64,000 bases of DNA from an uncultured Candidatus Woesearchaeota archaeon (GTDB taxonomy: Archaea; Nanobdellota; Nanobdellia; Woesearchaeales; UBA10107). The stretch's first letter is position 1. Every line of letters starts with the position of its first letter. The DNA is taken from NCBI GenBank assembly GCA_963835585.1, contig CAWIGF010000001.1, positions 34,184-98,183 on the forward strand. The letters run 5' to 3'. This document shows, piece after piece, positions 19,706 to 29,939 of this stretch. The notes under the pieces were generated by a model. That model had not been told where the DNA came from, ran no database searches, and was given only the letters and a program-made list of their open reading frames with translations. The translations under genes were made by a program, and so were the position numbers.

Positions 19706-22700
19706 TCTCTTTGTTCGCCCTTATCAGGAATTTTATCAACTCATCGGGCCATACTTTTGGTATTGCTCCCTTTAGAAGCTCATCAAGCCACTTCTTGAAT
19801 GAGATGTGGAATGCCTTCCTTTCTCCTGCAATCAATCTCCTGATTTCATAGACTATGTCTGCATCCAGCTTTACTTTTCTTGTGACCTCGTTCAATTGCT
19901 GGTTCAGGAAATCCTCTTCCCTGCTTATTTTCTTACTAGGAGTTATTCCAAGCCTTGTGAAAATGAAATTTCTCAGTTCTGGAGACCAGCTCTGCTCTAT
20001 TTCTTTCTGGTATCTTAGAATACCGCGCTTCAAATCATCTCTTGGTTCATATACTGGATCATCAATCATCCTGAACATCTCTTCCTTTGAATTTCCAGGA
20101 ACATGCTTTAGATATCTCACAGCCATCTTCAACTGACCTTCTTTGCTCTCCATCTCCCTTCTTCTCTTTTCCTCGACATTCTTCCAGAATTCGTTATAAT
20201 CTATTTTTTGCAGTTTTCCCTCCGGCTTTAATCCGCGCTTCATTTCTATTGAAGTTATGACCTGCTCGTGCATTCGTTTCAGGAATTCCATCCTGTCTTC
20301 AACTCGCAAAACATCCAGATAACCCTGCAAGACAAGCATGAACGAAAATGGAGATGGGACGTTTGTCGTTATCTCCTGTATCTTGACTTTCTTGTCGTGT
20401 ATCCATTGCAACACTAATTTCGCGTTATTTACATCCATCAAGTCTTCAAGAACTTCACGCCTTGCTTCTTTTAGGATTGGAAAATCTTCTGAAATCCTCT
20501 TAACTGCCTGCAACAATATCATCGAACTGACCTGCTGCCTTCCGACTCTTCTGCTTTTCCCCTTGTAAGTTCCCAATATCATTAATGCACGGGCTGCGCA
20601 ATGCCTAAATCTTCTCTTAAGAATCTCAGTTTTTTCCAATGCAGCCTTCATAAGCTCCTCAAACCTTTCTGATTTCAGCAATTCAAAAGCGCGGACAGCC
20701 TGTATGGGATGCATTGATGCTATGTAGAATCCATTATCAGAAATTCCAATCTCTACATCCCTGTGCTGTATCTTTGAAATCACGTACGCAACGGCCCTTG
20801 CCAGGCAGTCATTTACGCGCCTTCCGTACAAAGTATGAAACACCGCATATTTCTTTCCGCCTTCATCGTAATGTTCAATTAATAATTTACTTGAAGTTGG
20901 TATTATCGCAAATTCAAACTGCTCCTTGAAATATTCATAGATTGCTTCCGCGGCATTGTCATCTACGTACAAATAATCGTTGATGAACTTCAGAATCTCG
21001 TTCTTGGTCTCTTTTTTCGCGAAATGCTCCTGCATCAGTTTCCTGAACCTTCCTATCTCGTTTGCCAGATCAAAGCTTAACGGAAGGCTTTCGGAATACC
21101 AGCTTGGAACTGTTGGTCTTCTTCCAGTGGCAGCCACAACTCGCGCAACCATTCCTGATGCATTCCTGAACTCGTATGTATTTCCTCCCAACAGGAAAAC
21201 ATCTCCTGTTTTCAATTTCTCCAGAAATCCTTCATCAATGGAACCGACAACGATATCTCCAACTTTCACAGAGACTCCGGACTCGGAAGGTATCGTGCCT
21301 ATGTTTGTCATGTATATCACGCGCGCCATCATTCCTTTCTTTCCTATCATTTTTGTTTTAGGATCGTACCAAATCTTAGCATAGATGTGCCTGTCTTCCA
21401 ATGAGGCATATTCTCCAGCAAGATATGATATAATCTGGTCGAAATCTTCTCTTTTGAGATTTCTATAGCAGTAACTTGAGGTTATCATCTTGAAGAGATC
21501 TTCAACATTAATCATTTCCTCGAGAGCAATTCCGAATATCTGCTGGGCTAGAACATCAAGAGCATTTTCAGGAATATGCAGCCTGTCTATTTTCTTTTCC
21601 AACGCAGATTTCAACAACACAGAACATTCAACCAGATCATCCCTGTCCATGACGATTATCCTTCCCTTGGTTGTATCATGCAGACGATGTCCGGATCTTC
21701 CAATTCGCTGCAGGCATCTTGCAACAGATTTCGGGCTTCCCAATAAAATAACCAAATCTATGAAGCCTATATCTATTCCAAGTTCTAATGAGGTAGAACA
21801 GACTACACATTTTAATTTTCCTTCTCTTAAATTCGATTCCAGCTGGGTCCTGTGCTGTTTCGACAGAGAGCCGTGATGGGCCCCTATATTCTCAGAATAA
21901 TTCTTTGGAAATCTTGTCTTAAGATGATGGACAACACGCTCCGTGCCTGATCTTGTGTTAGTGAAGATAAGTGTTGTCTTGTGCTGCTGGATAAGTTTGT
22001 CGATTAACGTGTAGGTTTCGTTGCTTACGGTGTTGTAATCGGTTGAAATGAGATTTTTTACTGGGCTTATGACCTGCAAATCAAGTTTCTTTATGCTCGG
22101 AATATCTACAACTTCGCAGCTTCTTCCATTTCCTACCAGGAATTTCGCAACTTCATCCAAAGGTGCAACAGTAGCGGACAATCCTACGCGTGCCATGCTT
22201 GGGCTTAATCTCTGCAACCTTTCCATAGAGATGCTAAGATGAACGCCTCGCTTGTTCTCTGCCAATGCATGTATCTCATCCGCAATAAACCAATCGACGC
22301 GCTTGATGTGCTCTATAAATTTTATAGACGACAGCATTATTGCCAATGACTCAGGAGTTGTTATGAGTATGTGCGGAGAGTTTTTGAGCATCGCCGATTT
22401 TTCTGACTGCGTCGTGTCTCCTGTACGCACTGCGACTCGTATTCCGAATTTCTTTCCAGTCTGCTCTTCCATCTCATGCAACGGCTCAAGCAGATTTTTT
22501 TGGACGTCATTGTTCAGTGCCTTCAAAGGAGAAATGTAGACGACATAGACCTTGTCTTCCAATATTTTTTTTTCGCTGCAGTCTATCAGATGATTAAGAA
22601 TTGATAGAAAGGCCGTCAACGTCTTACCGGAACCGGTACTTGCAGAAACTAATATATTCTTCCTTGAATTTATGTCTATGATGGCAAGCTTTTGCGGATC

Positions 22701-22802
22701 CGAGAACGTCTTGAACTTGTTCCTGAACCAATTCGAAACGATAGGGTTCAATGTAGAGAAGATAGAATCATCTGTATCCGGCTTTTGCTTATATGTTATC
22801 AT
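19698..22802 (-). CDS. lhr: Lhr-type SF2 helicase
   Basis: STGSGKT, DEIH, LSAT, QRIGRSGH, DUF1998/WH region; extended C-terminus. Confidence 0.95.
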   Translation of the reverse strand: MITYKQKPDTDDSIFSTLNPIVSNWFRNKFKTFSDPQKLAIIDINSRKNILVSASTGSGKTLTAFLSILNHLIDCSEKKILEDKVYVVYISPLKALNNDVQKNLLEPLHEMEEQTGKKFGIRVAVRTGDTTQSEKSAMLKNSPHILITTPESLAIMLSSIKFIEHIKRVDWFIADEIHALAENKRGVHLSISMERLQRLSPSMARVGLSATVAPLDEVAKFLVGNGRSCEVVDIPSIKKLDLQVISPVKNLISTDYNTVSNETYTLIDKLIQQHKTTLIFTNTRSGTERVVHHLKTRFPKNYSENIGAHHGSLSKQHRTQLESNLREGKLKCVVCSTSLELGIDIGFIDLVILLGSPKSVARCLQRIGRSGHRLHDTTKGRIIVMDRDDLVECSVLLKSALEKKIDRLHIPENALDVLAQQIFGIALEEMINVEDLFKMITSSYCYRNLKREDFDQIISYLAGEYASLEDRHIYAKIWYDPKTKMIGKKGMMARVIYMTNIGTIPSESGVSVKVGDIVVGSIDEGFLEKLKTGDVFLLGGNTYEFRNASGMVARVVAATGRRPTVPSWYSESLPLSFDLANEIGRFRKLMQEHFAKKETKNEILKFINDYLYVDDNAAEAIYEYFKEQFEFAIIPTSSKLLIEHYDEGGKKYAVFHTLYGRRVNDCLARAVAYVISKIQHRDVEIGISDNGFYIASMHPIQAVRAFELLKSERFEELMKAALEKTEILKRRFRHCAARALMILGTYKGKSRRVGRQQVSSMILLQAVKRISEDFPILKEARREVLEDLMDVNNAKLVLQWIHDKKVKIQEITTNVPSPFSFMLVLQGYLDVLRVEDRMEFLKRMHEQVITSIEMKRGLKPEGKLQKIDYNEFWKNVEEKRRREMESKEGQLKMAVRYLKHVPGNSKEEMFRMIDDPVYEPRDDLKRGILRYQKEIEQSWSPELRNFIFTRLGITPSKKISREEDFLNQQLNEVTRKVKLDADIVYEIRRLIAGERKAFHISFKKWLDELLKGAIPKVWPDELIKFLIRANKEIN

Positions 22803-22863
22803 TCAAGTACGCTAATGACAGTAAAAACTAATTAAGAAGTAATATATAAGGATTGTGACGGGA

Positions 22864-23184
22864 TTATTGGCCTTCTAGATTTTTCTGAACAATGGCAACT
22901 AGTTCTCTTGCCATGATGCAGTCATCAAATAAATATTCATGTCCAAGTTGTTCTTCAATCGTTTTTGGATCGACACCGACTCTCCTTATTGCACCATAAA
23001 CGCTGTTTTTTGTACTTTCTCCAGGAGCATAAACTCCGGAACCATGCCTGCCGCCATCAGTAAATATGCAATTAAGACACTGACTTTCAATAGCTTGACG
23101 TGAACCGGCGTTTTGATAAATTAAAGCCAATTCTCTCTGAAATTCACTAATTTTCTGTTCTATTGTTTTTTGTTCGTTTGTCAT
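22864..23184 (-). CDS. hypothetical protein (small-ORF cluster)
   Basis: Tightly packed co-directional ORF with GGAG SD. Confidence 0.65.
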   Translation of the reverse strand: MTNEQKTIEQKISEFQRELALIYQNAGSRQAIESQCLNCIFTDGGRHGSGVYAPGESTKNSVYGAIRRVGVDPKTIEEQLGHEYLFDDCIMARELVAIVQKNLEGQ

Positions 23185-23185
23185 T

Positions 23186-23503
23186 TTATTCTCCTTGCAC
23201 TTTTTTCAAAAGTCCTTTTTTGTTTAAAATGTCTGCAACAACATAAAATAAATCATCTTTACCAATACATCCAGAAAGGTTGTTTGTTCCAAACCGCGCA
23301 TCTAATCTGTACGAATTTATTTCTTCTCTCGTTACACCGAGATTATTCAGCTCTATCAATACACCAAAGTATTCTTCTCTATTTTGAAGTCTGCGTTCTT
23401 CACTTACACAATTAAGACAAAAATCAGTATAATCTGTCGCCCTAATCAACCCCTCTAATTGCTCTCTTACTTCTTTTCTGTCCATGTATTTTTCGTTTGT
23501 CAT
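23186..23503 (-). CDS. hypothetical protein (small-ORF cluster)
   Basis: ATGA overlap with the upstream gene. Confidence 0.65.
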   Translation of the reverse strand: MTNEKYMDRKEVREQLEGLIRATDYTDFCLNCVSEERRLQNREEYFGVLIELNNLGVTREEINSYRLDARFGTNNLSGCIGKDDLFYVVADILNKKGLLKKVQGE

Positions 23504-24234
23504 TTTTCATCACTTTTTTGTTTTATTTGATACAAAGAAAAATCTCCTAACTGAAGACCTTTGTCTGATTTTATTCTCTTTTCTTTAACAATTACCAATC
23601 CATATTTATCAACGTGTGTTGCAGGGTCATTTTCTTTTCCAGCGAAATGAAAGTACGGAGTAATATATATGCTATCTTCATCAGCAAAATGAGTTCTTAG
23701 TTCTTTGAGAAATTGTTTGAGCGTATTCGTTCCGCCAAGCATACTTTTTCTCAACATTTCGTCCTTGAAAATACTTTTTCCAAAATTTTTGGCCTCTTCA
23801 GGGAAGAATGGATGATTAAAAACAATTATGTCATATTTTCCTTGAATATTTTCAAATAAATTACTCTTGTATGTCTTGCAGATCTTACTCAAATTATGTC
23901 TTCGTATGTTTTCTTGCGTATTTTTGATTGCGTTTGGATTTATATCGCTAAAATCAACATATTTTGCACCATATATAGCCATAACAAGCCCCTGAGTTCC
24001 AGCACCGCATCCAACATCAAGACATGTTTTTCCCAGATACAAATCTTTATTTTCATATAAATATTGCGCAAGAAGAACTCCTGAACTCATAATATCCGAG
24101 GCAAAAACGCCGCGTTCAATAATTAAATCAAGATCTGGATTTTTATCAAGCACAATTTTGCAGGTAGTAGTAGATCTATTATGCCTCTCTAGTTGTATCG
24201 CAACTTGTTTTTTCTGCGCTTCAGTTAATTTCAT
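23500..24234 (-). CDS. class I SAM-dependent methyltransferase (HemK/PrmC-like)
   Basis: LDVGCGAG motif I; IVFNHPF (NPPF variant). Confidence 0.85.
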   Translation of the reverse strand: MKLTEAQKKQVAIQLERHNRSTTTCKIVLDKNPDLDLIIERGVFASDIMSSGVLLAQYLYENKDLYLGKTCLDVGCGAGTQGLVMAIYGAKYVDFSDINPNAIKNTQENIRRHNLSKICKTYKSNLFENIQGKYDIIVFNHPFFPEEAKNFGKSIFKDEMLRKSMLGGTNTLKQFLKELRTHFADEDSIYITPYFHFAGKENDPATHVDKYGLVIVKEKRIKSDKGLQLGDFSLYQIKQKSDEK

Positions 24235-24605
24235 TTTACCTTCTCCTTTTTTCTCATACGCTTCATCAGTATTCTCGCAATTTTACGTCTCTCTAGTTCT
24301 TTGACAACAAAATCAGCCAATTTATCTCCTTCTAAGATAGCGATTGGTTTCTCATTTCTGTGATAAGCATTTGCATCAACATATGCTTCAAGTTTATCGA
24401 GTTTATCTCCTGTTTTGACATCTGATTCTTTTATGTACCCTTGTCTAATGTGTTCTTCACTAAGACACCATGCATCCTCGTTCTTAATAACGGGAATCAT
24501 AGCATCTTCAGGAGAATCGGCTTTAATGAATCCCTTCAAAAGATTTTGATATGCACCAATACAACCATAAGTTCGTATTCTTTCAACGACAAAATATTCA
24601 TTCAT
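24231..24605 (-). CDS. hypothetical protein (small-ORF cluster)
   Basis: ATGA overlaps at both ends. Confidence 0.65.
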   Translation of the reverse strand: MNEYFVVERIRTYGCIGAYQNLLKGFIKADSPEDAMIPVIKNEDAWCLSEEHIRQGYIKESDVKTGDKLDKLEAYVDANAYHRNEKPIAILEGDKLADFVVKELERRKIARILMKRMRKKEKVK

Positions 24606-24913
24606 TTTTGTGCTTCCTTTTCGTTTTTCCCGAAATCAAGGTAATCCTTATTTATTCTTTTTTCTAACTCATCATACCAGAAACATTTCCCGACCTGTAT
24701 TTTATTTATTGGAAATTTACGTTTGAGCTCATTCAGCGAATCGTATAATATATGGAGACAGATAGTGTTTTTTTCATTTCTGTCTTTCTCCATATTGCAC
24801 ATATCTTCCAGAGAAATACTGATCGAGGCGCATATCCTCAGAATTTCCTCTACTTGCCTTTTTGTATAAATTGGTTCGGTTGAAAATGTGAACCTCATTT
24901 TATTTCCCCTCAT
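24602..24913 (-). CDS. hypothetical protein (small-ORF cluster)
   Basis: Overlapping, co-directional ORF. Confidence 0.6.
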   Translation of the reverse strand: MRGNKMRFTFSTEPIYTKRQVEEILRICASISISLEDMCNMEKDRNEKNTICLHILYDSLNELKRKFPINKIQVGKCFWYDELEKRINKDYLDFGKNEKEAQK

Positions 24914-25283
24914 TCTTCAAGATATAGTCAAGCGTTACATACTTGTCTGGACTGTCCATAAATTTATCATCACCAATCGATACGTTTACATCGCCACGTT
25001 TCAAATCAAGATAATGTCTTTCCACTCCATTTCCGGAAAACACTTGATGATTTCCAAAACAGTAATACCCAGTACGTTGTCTGAATTCATTTTCTATGAA
25101 TTCGGAAATGTCACTTGGAGTTTTATCTTTAAATTTGAAATTAACAGAAAATTTATGATAATTGACATTTATTTTTGTTTCAGGTTTCAGTTCGGACAAT
25201 ATGCTTTGAACCTCTGAAAAATCAATTTTTTCATCAAACACTTTCTTTCTTTTATCAATCCAATTTGAAATTGTTCGCATCAT
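24900..25283 (-). CDS. hypothetical protein (small-ORF cluster)
   Basis: Overlapping, co-directional ORF. Confidence 0.6.
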   Translation of the reverse strand: MMRTISNWIDKRKKVFDEKIDFSEVQSILSELKPETKINVNYHKFSVNFKFKDKTPSDISEFIENEFRQRTGYYCFGNHQVFSGNGVERHYLDLKRGDVNVSIGDDKFMDSPDKYVTLDYILKNEGK

Positions 25284-25591
25284 TTTCTTTCTCCAAATCG
25301 AGTTGGCAATTGCTGCCCGTTCGTTTCGACATCAAATGCGCTACTCATTCCTTCGTAATTTCCTTGTTTGTCATAGATTATTTTCTGCGTTCCTTTTCCA
25401 AACCTAGTCAATGCAACATAATAATCTCCTTCGCGTACTTGTGCAAAATCAAAATGATTGCTATTGCAGTAGTTCCTCAACATATCCAAATTATGCAGTA
25501 TTCCTTTAGGAAAACCAAGAGGCACAATTATTATTTCACTGAATTCTGCTTTTTGCTTTGCCTCTTTTGCGAGTTCCTCAAGGTTTTTCAT
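25280..25591 (-). CDS. hypothetical protein (small-ORF cluster)
   Basis: ATGA overlap with the downstream gene. Confidence 0.6.
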   Translation of the reverse strand: MKNLEELAKEAKQKAEFSEIIIVPLGFPKGILHNLDMLRNYCNSNHFDFAQVREGDYYVALTRFGKGTQKIIYDKQGNYEGMSSAFDVETNGQQLPTRFGERK

Positions 25592-25606
25592 TTTTGTTCA
25601 CTTCAT

Positions 25607-25750
25607 TTATCTTCTGATGTTTCTATAAGCAAAAACTTTATTTTGAACGGGAAGATAGTTTTGCCTTACTGTTCTGTACTTATCTTGCGGTTTCTCGTAA
25701 TTTTTTACAATTTCCGTAAGTGGTTTTTGCAATGTTTCCTTTGTTTCCAT
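25607..25750 (-). CDS. small hypothetical protein (47 aa, not in track)
   Basis: METKETLQKPLTEIVKNYEKPQDKYRTVRQNYLPVQNKVFAYRNIRR; GCGGAG upstream; fills a cluster gap. Confidence 0.45.
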   Translation of the reverse strand: METKETLQKPLTEIVKNYEKPQDKYRTVRQNYLPVQNKVFAYRNIRR

Positions 25751-25770
25751 TTTGTTTCTCCGCTAAACAC

Positions 25771-26010
25771 TCATTGATTAGATTTGAAAAGTTCGCTTAC
25801 TTTCTTAGTGAGATCGACTACGTTCACTCCGAATTCTTCTCTTTCTTCTTTTGACAGAGAATCATATTGCGGCATGTATTCCCCAAAAAACTGAAATGCC
25901 ATGCTTCTTACATAAACGCGATGTGTATTGAAGTATTCTCCTGCACTGATTCTTTTATCTAAGTCAACAAATTTCTCGCGAAGTTGCTGTGGTGTTAATT
26001 TATCGCTCAT
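25771..26010 (-). CDS. hypothetical protein (small-ORF cluster)
   Basis: 79 aa with GAGGAGG SD. Confidence 0.65.
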   Translation of the reverse strand: MSDKLTPQQLREKFVDLDKRISAGEYFNTHRVYVRSMAFQFFGEYMPQYDSLSKEEREEFGVNVVDLTKKVSELFKSNQ

Positions 26011-26020
26011 CTTTTCCTCC

Positions 26021-26629
26021 TCAGAACCTCGCCATTATCGATGGACCTATGTTGCATTTAGGTTTTGTTCCATCTGCGAAGTTTATGTCCAATCCCATAG
26101 ATAGTGTATATTTTCCGATATCCACTCCAACTCTGTTCTTGGATACTCCAGATTTGTTTCCGTTGTTTGCAATATTAATCAAGGATGAATCTGATATGTC
26201 AAGTTTAACATCGCCAATCTTTGGCTTGTAAACTATCATTGGATCTATCTCTACTACGTCATGCGTGCTTGCTGTTGCCTGCACATATCCGTAGAGATTT
26301 CCTTCTGTTTGCTGTGCGAAAACTCCAAGTCTTGGAAGAATTCCAAATGCTGTTGGTGCTTGAAGTTCAAGTGTAGGACCCAAGTCCTTTCCATACATGA
26401 CATCAAAGCAGTAGGCATAGCTATCGTTGAGATTTCCTTTATAGTCAAAGACTGGCTTTGCCTCAGTCAAGAGAAGTATGTCCTCAATCTTGTTGTTTGT
26501 CTTCAAATCGATAAAAGCAGTATTGTTTCCAGTAAGTACTTCTATCGAGTTTCCTGCGTACACAGGAGTCGCTATCATCACCAATCCGAATAATGTATTT
26601 TTTATTGTGTTTTTCATTTTGTCCCCCAT
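26021..26629 (-). CDS. secreted beta-rich hypothetical protein
   Basis: Signal peptide ending VYA; alternating hydrophobic strands; terminal Phe. Confidence 0.65.
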   Translation of the reverse strand: MGDKMKNTIKNTLFGLVMIATPVYAGNSIEVLTGNNTAFIDLKTNNKIEDILLLTEAKPVFDYKGNLNDSYAYCFDVMYGKDLGPTLELQAPTAFGILPRLGVFAQQTEGNLYGYVQATASTHDVVEIDPMIVYKPKIGDVKLDISDSSLINIANNGNKSGVSKNRVGVDIGKYTLSMGLDINFADGTKPKCNIGPSIMARF

Positions 26630-26741
26630 TAGTTACTATTTTCAAGTAGAGAATTAATCAGTTTAATATTTATCTGATATGAATGATATTAATAATATCA
26701 ATTTCAATAAATTTATATATAAACAAACCATAAAAACAGCC

Positions 26742-27650
26742 ATGGAAAGAAAGCTAATCAAACAAGGGCTTGGAGGCTATACTATCTACCTGCCAAAGGA
26801 ATGGGTCACAAAAAAAGGCCTTAAAGGAGGAGACAAAGTTACAATAGACGAGACAGATACCACTTTGACAATAGGCAGCCAGGTGAAAGGAAAGAAGGAA
26901 CTGACCATAAACATAGACAACCAAAACAGAAAGAACGTGAGAAACCTGCTCACTCATGCATACAGGAGAGGATTTGACAAGATTCGCTTGACGAACATAG
27001 ACCCAGGTGTTTTGAAGGAAGCTCAATTTGCCGCGCAGAATCTACTTCTTGGCATGGAAGTCACGGAACATACAGATAAATCATGCACGCTCGAGAATAT
27101 ATCTGAACCGACCGAAGAGAAATATGAAGTCATGTTGAGGAGAATATTCCTGATAATAAAAGAGATGCAGAATATCACCATAAACGATTTCGCAAATTAT
27201 TCTTTCATTCATATCAACGAAATCGAGACATTGCGAGACCAGGAAGACAGATATATCTTATTCTGCAGGAGAATCCTTACAAAAGAGAAGATAGAAAGAA
27301 AATCCATCCTGGAGTGGGAACTATTCACATTCCTTATGCACATAAGCCATTCGACGTATTATCTGTATAAATATGTTGCAGAGAATAAAATAGAGAAGGA
27401 TCCTTCTCTGGCAATAGTGAATGATATCACAAAATACTTCGACATGTTCTATAATGCTTATTTCAACAAGGACATCAAGTTAATTCATGACATAAACAGG
27501 ACAAGAGATGAATATTACTTGAAAAAACTGCCAAAACTGATAGAAAACGGAAAAAATGCTATGATTTATGCATCAATTAGAGAGATATTCAGGTTGATTC
27601 AGATTGGAACGAGCCCGATTCTCGCTGAAATAATTGAGACATCATTTTGA
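26742..27650 (+). CDS. AbrB-PhoU family phosphate uptake regulator
   Basis: MERKLIKQGLGGYTIYLPKEW...GLKGGD AbrB domain followed by helical PhoU-like repeats. Confidence 0.85.
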   Translation: MERKLIKQGLGGYTIYLPKEWVTKKGLKGGDKVTIDETDTTLTIGSQVKGKKELTINIDNQNRKNVRNLLTHAYRRGFDKIRLTNIDPGVLKEAQFAAQNLLLGMEVTEHTDKSCTLENISEPTEEKYEVMLRRIFLIIKEMQNITINDFANYSFIHINEIETLRDQEDRYILFCRRILTKEKIERKSILEWELFTFLMHISHSTYYLYKYVAENKIEKDPSLAIVNDITKYFDMFYNAYFNKDIKLIHDINRTRDEYYLKKLPKLIENGKNAMIYASIREIFRLIQIGTSPILAEIIETSF

Positions 27651-29486
27651 TCGTTCAAATCTCTCCTTAACTTCATCGTATTTCTCTTTAGAATGTTCTT
27701 TTGCGTCTTTTAGAGTGGCCAATTCAACGTCATCTATTTGTTCTTTTCCCATCGCATATGACAGCCAAGTTTTTATGAATTCACTGTCTTTTTGATTTAT
27801 ATTGCTTGCATTAATGTAATTGGCAAATTTTGGGCCTTTCTCTTCAACTGCTTCCGCGTAAGCAGGCAATCCAATTCTTGCAATAGTCAGTGCTTTTTCC
27901 AAATCAACATAATTTATTTTCTTATCTGTCGCCCTATTTGCATAAACGCTGCTTGAATCTTTAATTTCGCCTGCACTAAGTCCATATTCAATGGATTTCT
28001 CGGGCATTGCAAATTCTGGCGGGACCTGAGAAGTTCCGATTGCGTCATGAGGACCGTATGATTGCCACATTTGATATTGTGCATCAGTAATCATCCCATT
28101 CCTATCCATATAAATTCTTTCGACTTTAGCTGCTTTTTCATATGCATCCAATAAATTTTCAATGTATTTTTTCCCTTCGGATGACATTCCCACGAACAAA
28201 CTTGGAGGTCCTTCGAACATCAATCCCAAATATCTTGGATGGGAAGGAATGTTCTCTTCACTATAGACAAAACTAATTGGCTTTTGATCCGTATTCGGCG
28301 CCGGCATATAGATCGCTCTTGATGGATTTGAAGGCATAGAAACATTGGTTGAAGTTTGAATGAATTTCCCCCAAGCCCATAGGATTGCTATGGCAGCAGC
28401 AGGATACCCAAACATTCTTAATTTCTTTGCCATCTGTTTGGACAAATTCATGTTTTCTCTTATTTTCTGTAGTTCGCTCTGCAAGCGCTCTCCATCGCAT
28501 TGTCTCTTATCAGGATCAATATTTAGCGCTTTTTGAATGAAAGACCTAAGTTGCCTAGGAACGTTCTTTTTTATCTTTTTGTTAATTTTTTTAACAAATT
28601 CTTCTCTGTAGTCCTCATCGTTTTCCAGTTTCTTGTTCAATTCAATCAACGTGCTCTCAGGATTATCACCCTTCCTCAATTCGTCTTCAAGAATATATTC
28701 TCCCGAGAACATCCTGTACATCAATGAACCAAATGACCAGACATCAGATTCCTTCGTCGGTTTCGAAGAACATGATGCGCATTCTGGTGCTCTTGTACAT
28801 ATTTCTCCCATATTGTCCCTAGGAGATCCTGTTCTTCCGAATATGCTTTGCGACGTTCCTAAATCATTGATGAACCAGTGACCATATTTCTTTTGCACAT
28901 TTGCTGGCTTCAAATCACCATGGACCCTCTCATGCTTTTCATGGATTTCAGCTAATCCGGTTGCAATATCTGTTGAAATCTCGAGAATATCATCTAGTTT
29001 AAGTGATTTGTTATTTAATGATAACCTGAAATCATCACCCTCTTTCTCTCCTAATTCCTCGGCAAGATCATTCTCATAAACATCCATGACGATATAATTA
29101 TTTCCAAGTTTATCTTTTCCATACGATCGCGGAACGACATTTGAACAAGGAATAAGTTTTCCTGCTTCATTTTTTACAATTTTCTCCATGTTTAGTTTTC
29201 TGTGTTTCATTTGCCTTTTGGCCAATTCTGTTGGAGCAAGAATTTTCAAAGCGACATCCATATCCAAAGTATTATCATGTGCTTCACATACAACTCCCCA
29301 TTGTCCTTCTCCCAAGAATTTTGTTAATTCGTATCTGTCATCGCTGAATTTCCTAATGCCCCTTTCTTCTAATTTATCAAGAGCATATTTTATTTTACTT
29401 CCATCTCTTTCTGCTTCCCAATCATTTAATAGATGAGTTTCCTTTAGTTCTGTTTGTTTCTTTTCTGAAACTTCGACAGGCGTCAT
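27642..29486 (-). CDS. Hanks-type Ser/Thr protein kinase with TM helix and C-terminal domain
   Basis: LGEGQWGVV, VALK, HGDLKPANV, DLG, APE, SDVWSFG. Confidence 0.92.
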   Translation of the reverse strand: MTPVEVSEKKQTELKETHLLNDWEAERDGSKIKYALDKLEERGIRKFSDDRYELTKFLGEGQWGVVCEAHDNTLDMDVALKILAPTELAKRQMKHRKLNMEKIVKNEAGKLIPCSNVVPRSYGKDKLGNNYIVMDVYENDLAEELGEKEGDDFRLSLNNKSLKLDDILEISTDIATGLAEIHEKHERVHGDLKPANVQKKYGHWFINDLGTSQSIFGRTGSPRDNMGEICTRAPECASCSSKPTKESDVWSFGSLMYRMFSGEYILEDELRKGDNPESTLIELNKKLENDEDYREEFVKKINKKIKKNVPRQLRSFIQKALNIDPDKRQCDGERLQSELQKIRENMNLSKQMAKKLRMFGYPAAAIAILWAWGKFIQTSTNVSMPSNPSRAIYMPAPNTDQKPISFVYSEENIPSHPRYLGLMFEGPPSLFVGMSSEGKKYIENLLDAYEKAAKVERIYMDRNGMITDAQYQMWQSYGPHDAIGTSQVPPEFAMPEKSIEYGLSAGEIKDSSSVYANRATDKKINYVDLEKALTIARIGLPAYAEAVEEKGPKFANYINASNINQKDSEFIKTWLSYAMGKEQIDDVELATLKDAKEHSKEKYDEVKERFERSK

Positions 29487-29629
29487 GGCGCATCCTCCAA
29501 TATGTCGATTGTTACCTTGACCAATGTTTTTGGCTTAAGATGCTGCTCAAGAACTCGTGGAACTACTATAATCGACTGTGAGCCGTGCTTGGCTACTTTC
29601 TTCGTTATGATAAACTGCTTTTCCCCCAT
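29483..29629 (-). CDS. small AbrB-like regulator (48 aa, not in track)
   Basis: MGEKQFIITKKVAKHGSQSIIVVPRVLEQHLKPKTLVKVTIDILEDAP; ATGA overlap with the kinase start. Confidence 0.8.
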   Translation of the reverse strand: MGEKQFIITKKVAKHGSQSIIVVPRVLEQHLKPKTLVKVTIDILEDAP

Positions 29630-29632
29630 TTT

Positions 29633-29649
29633 ATACATACGGTATGTAT
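29633..29649. promoter_or_regulatory. perfect palindromic operator
   Basis: ATACATAC-G-GTATGTAT between the TATA box and the start of the AbrB-like gene. Confidence 0.6.
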
Positions 29650-29732
29650 GGGTTATTTATATATTTTACTACTTTAAAGAAGTAACAAAACAACCGAAAC
29701 ATTTATAATCTATAAATTATAATATATGAAAT

Positions 29733-29939
29733 ATGACAACATCAATAGCGGTTAAGGAAGAAACAAAAGATATGCTTGAGCAGGTAAAAGAAGAGCTTAA
29801 CTCACCTAATTTTGACGACGTAATCAGGACACTGATTGCAAAAACAAAAAAACCTGAAAAATCTATGTATGGAGCCGGCGGGAAGATGCCGTTGAAAGAA
29901 ATATTGAAAGACCTGAGGGACAAAAGTGACAGATACTAA
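29733..29939 (+). CDS. vapB: VapB-type antitoxin
   Basis: TTSIAVKEETK...FDDVIRTLI RHH; precedes a PIN gene. Confidence 0.8.
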   Translation: MTTSIAVKEETKDMLEQVKEELNSPNFDDVIRTLIAKTKKPEKSMYGAGGKMPLKEILKDLRDKSDRY

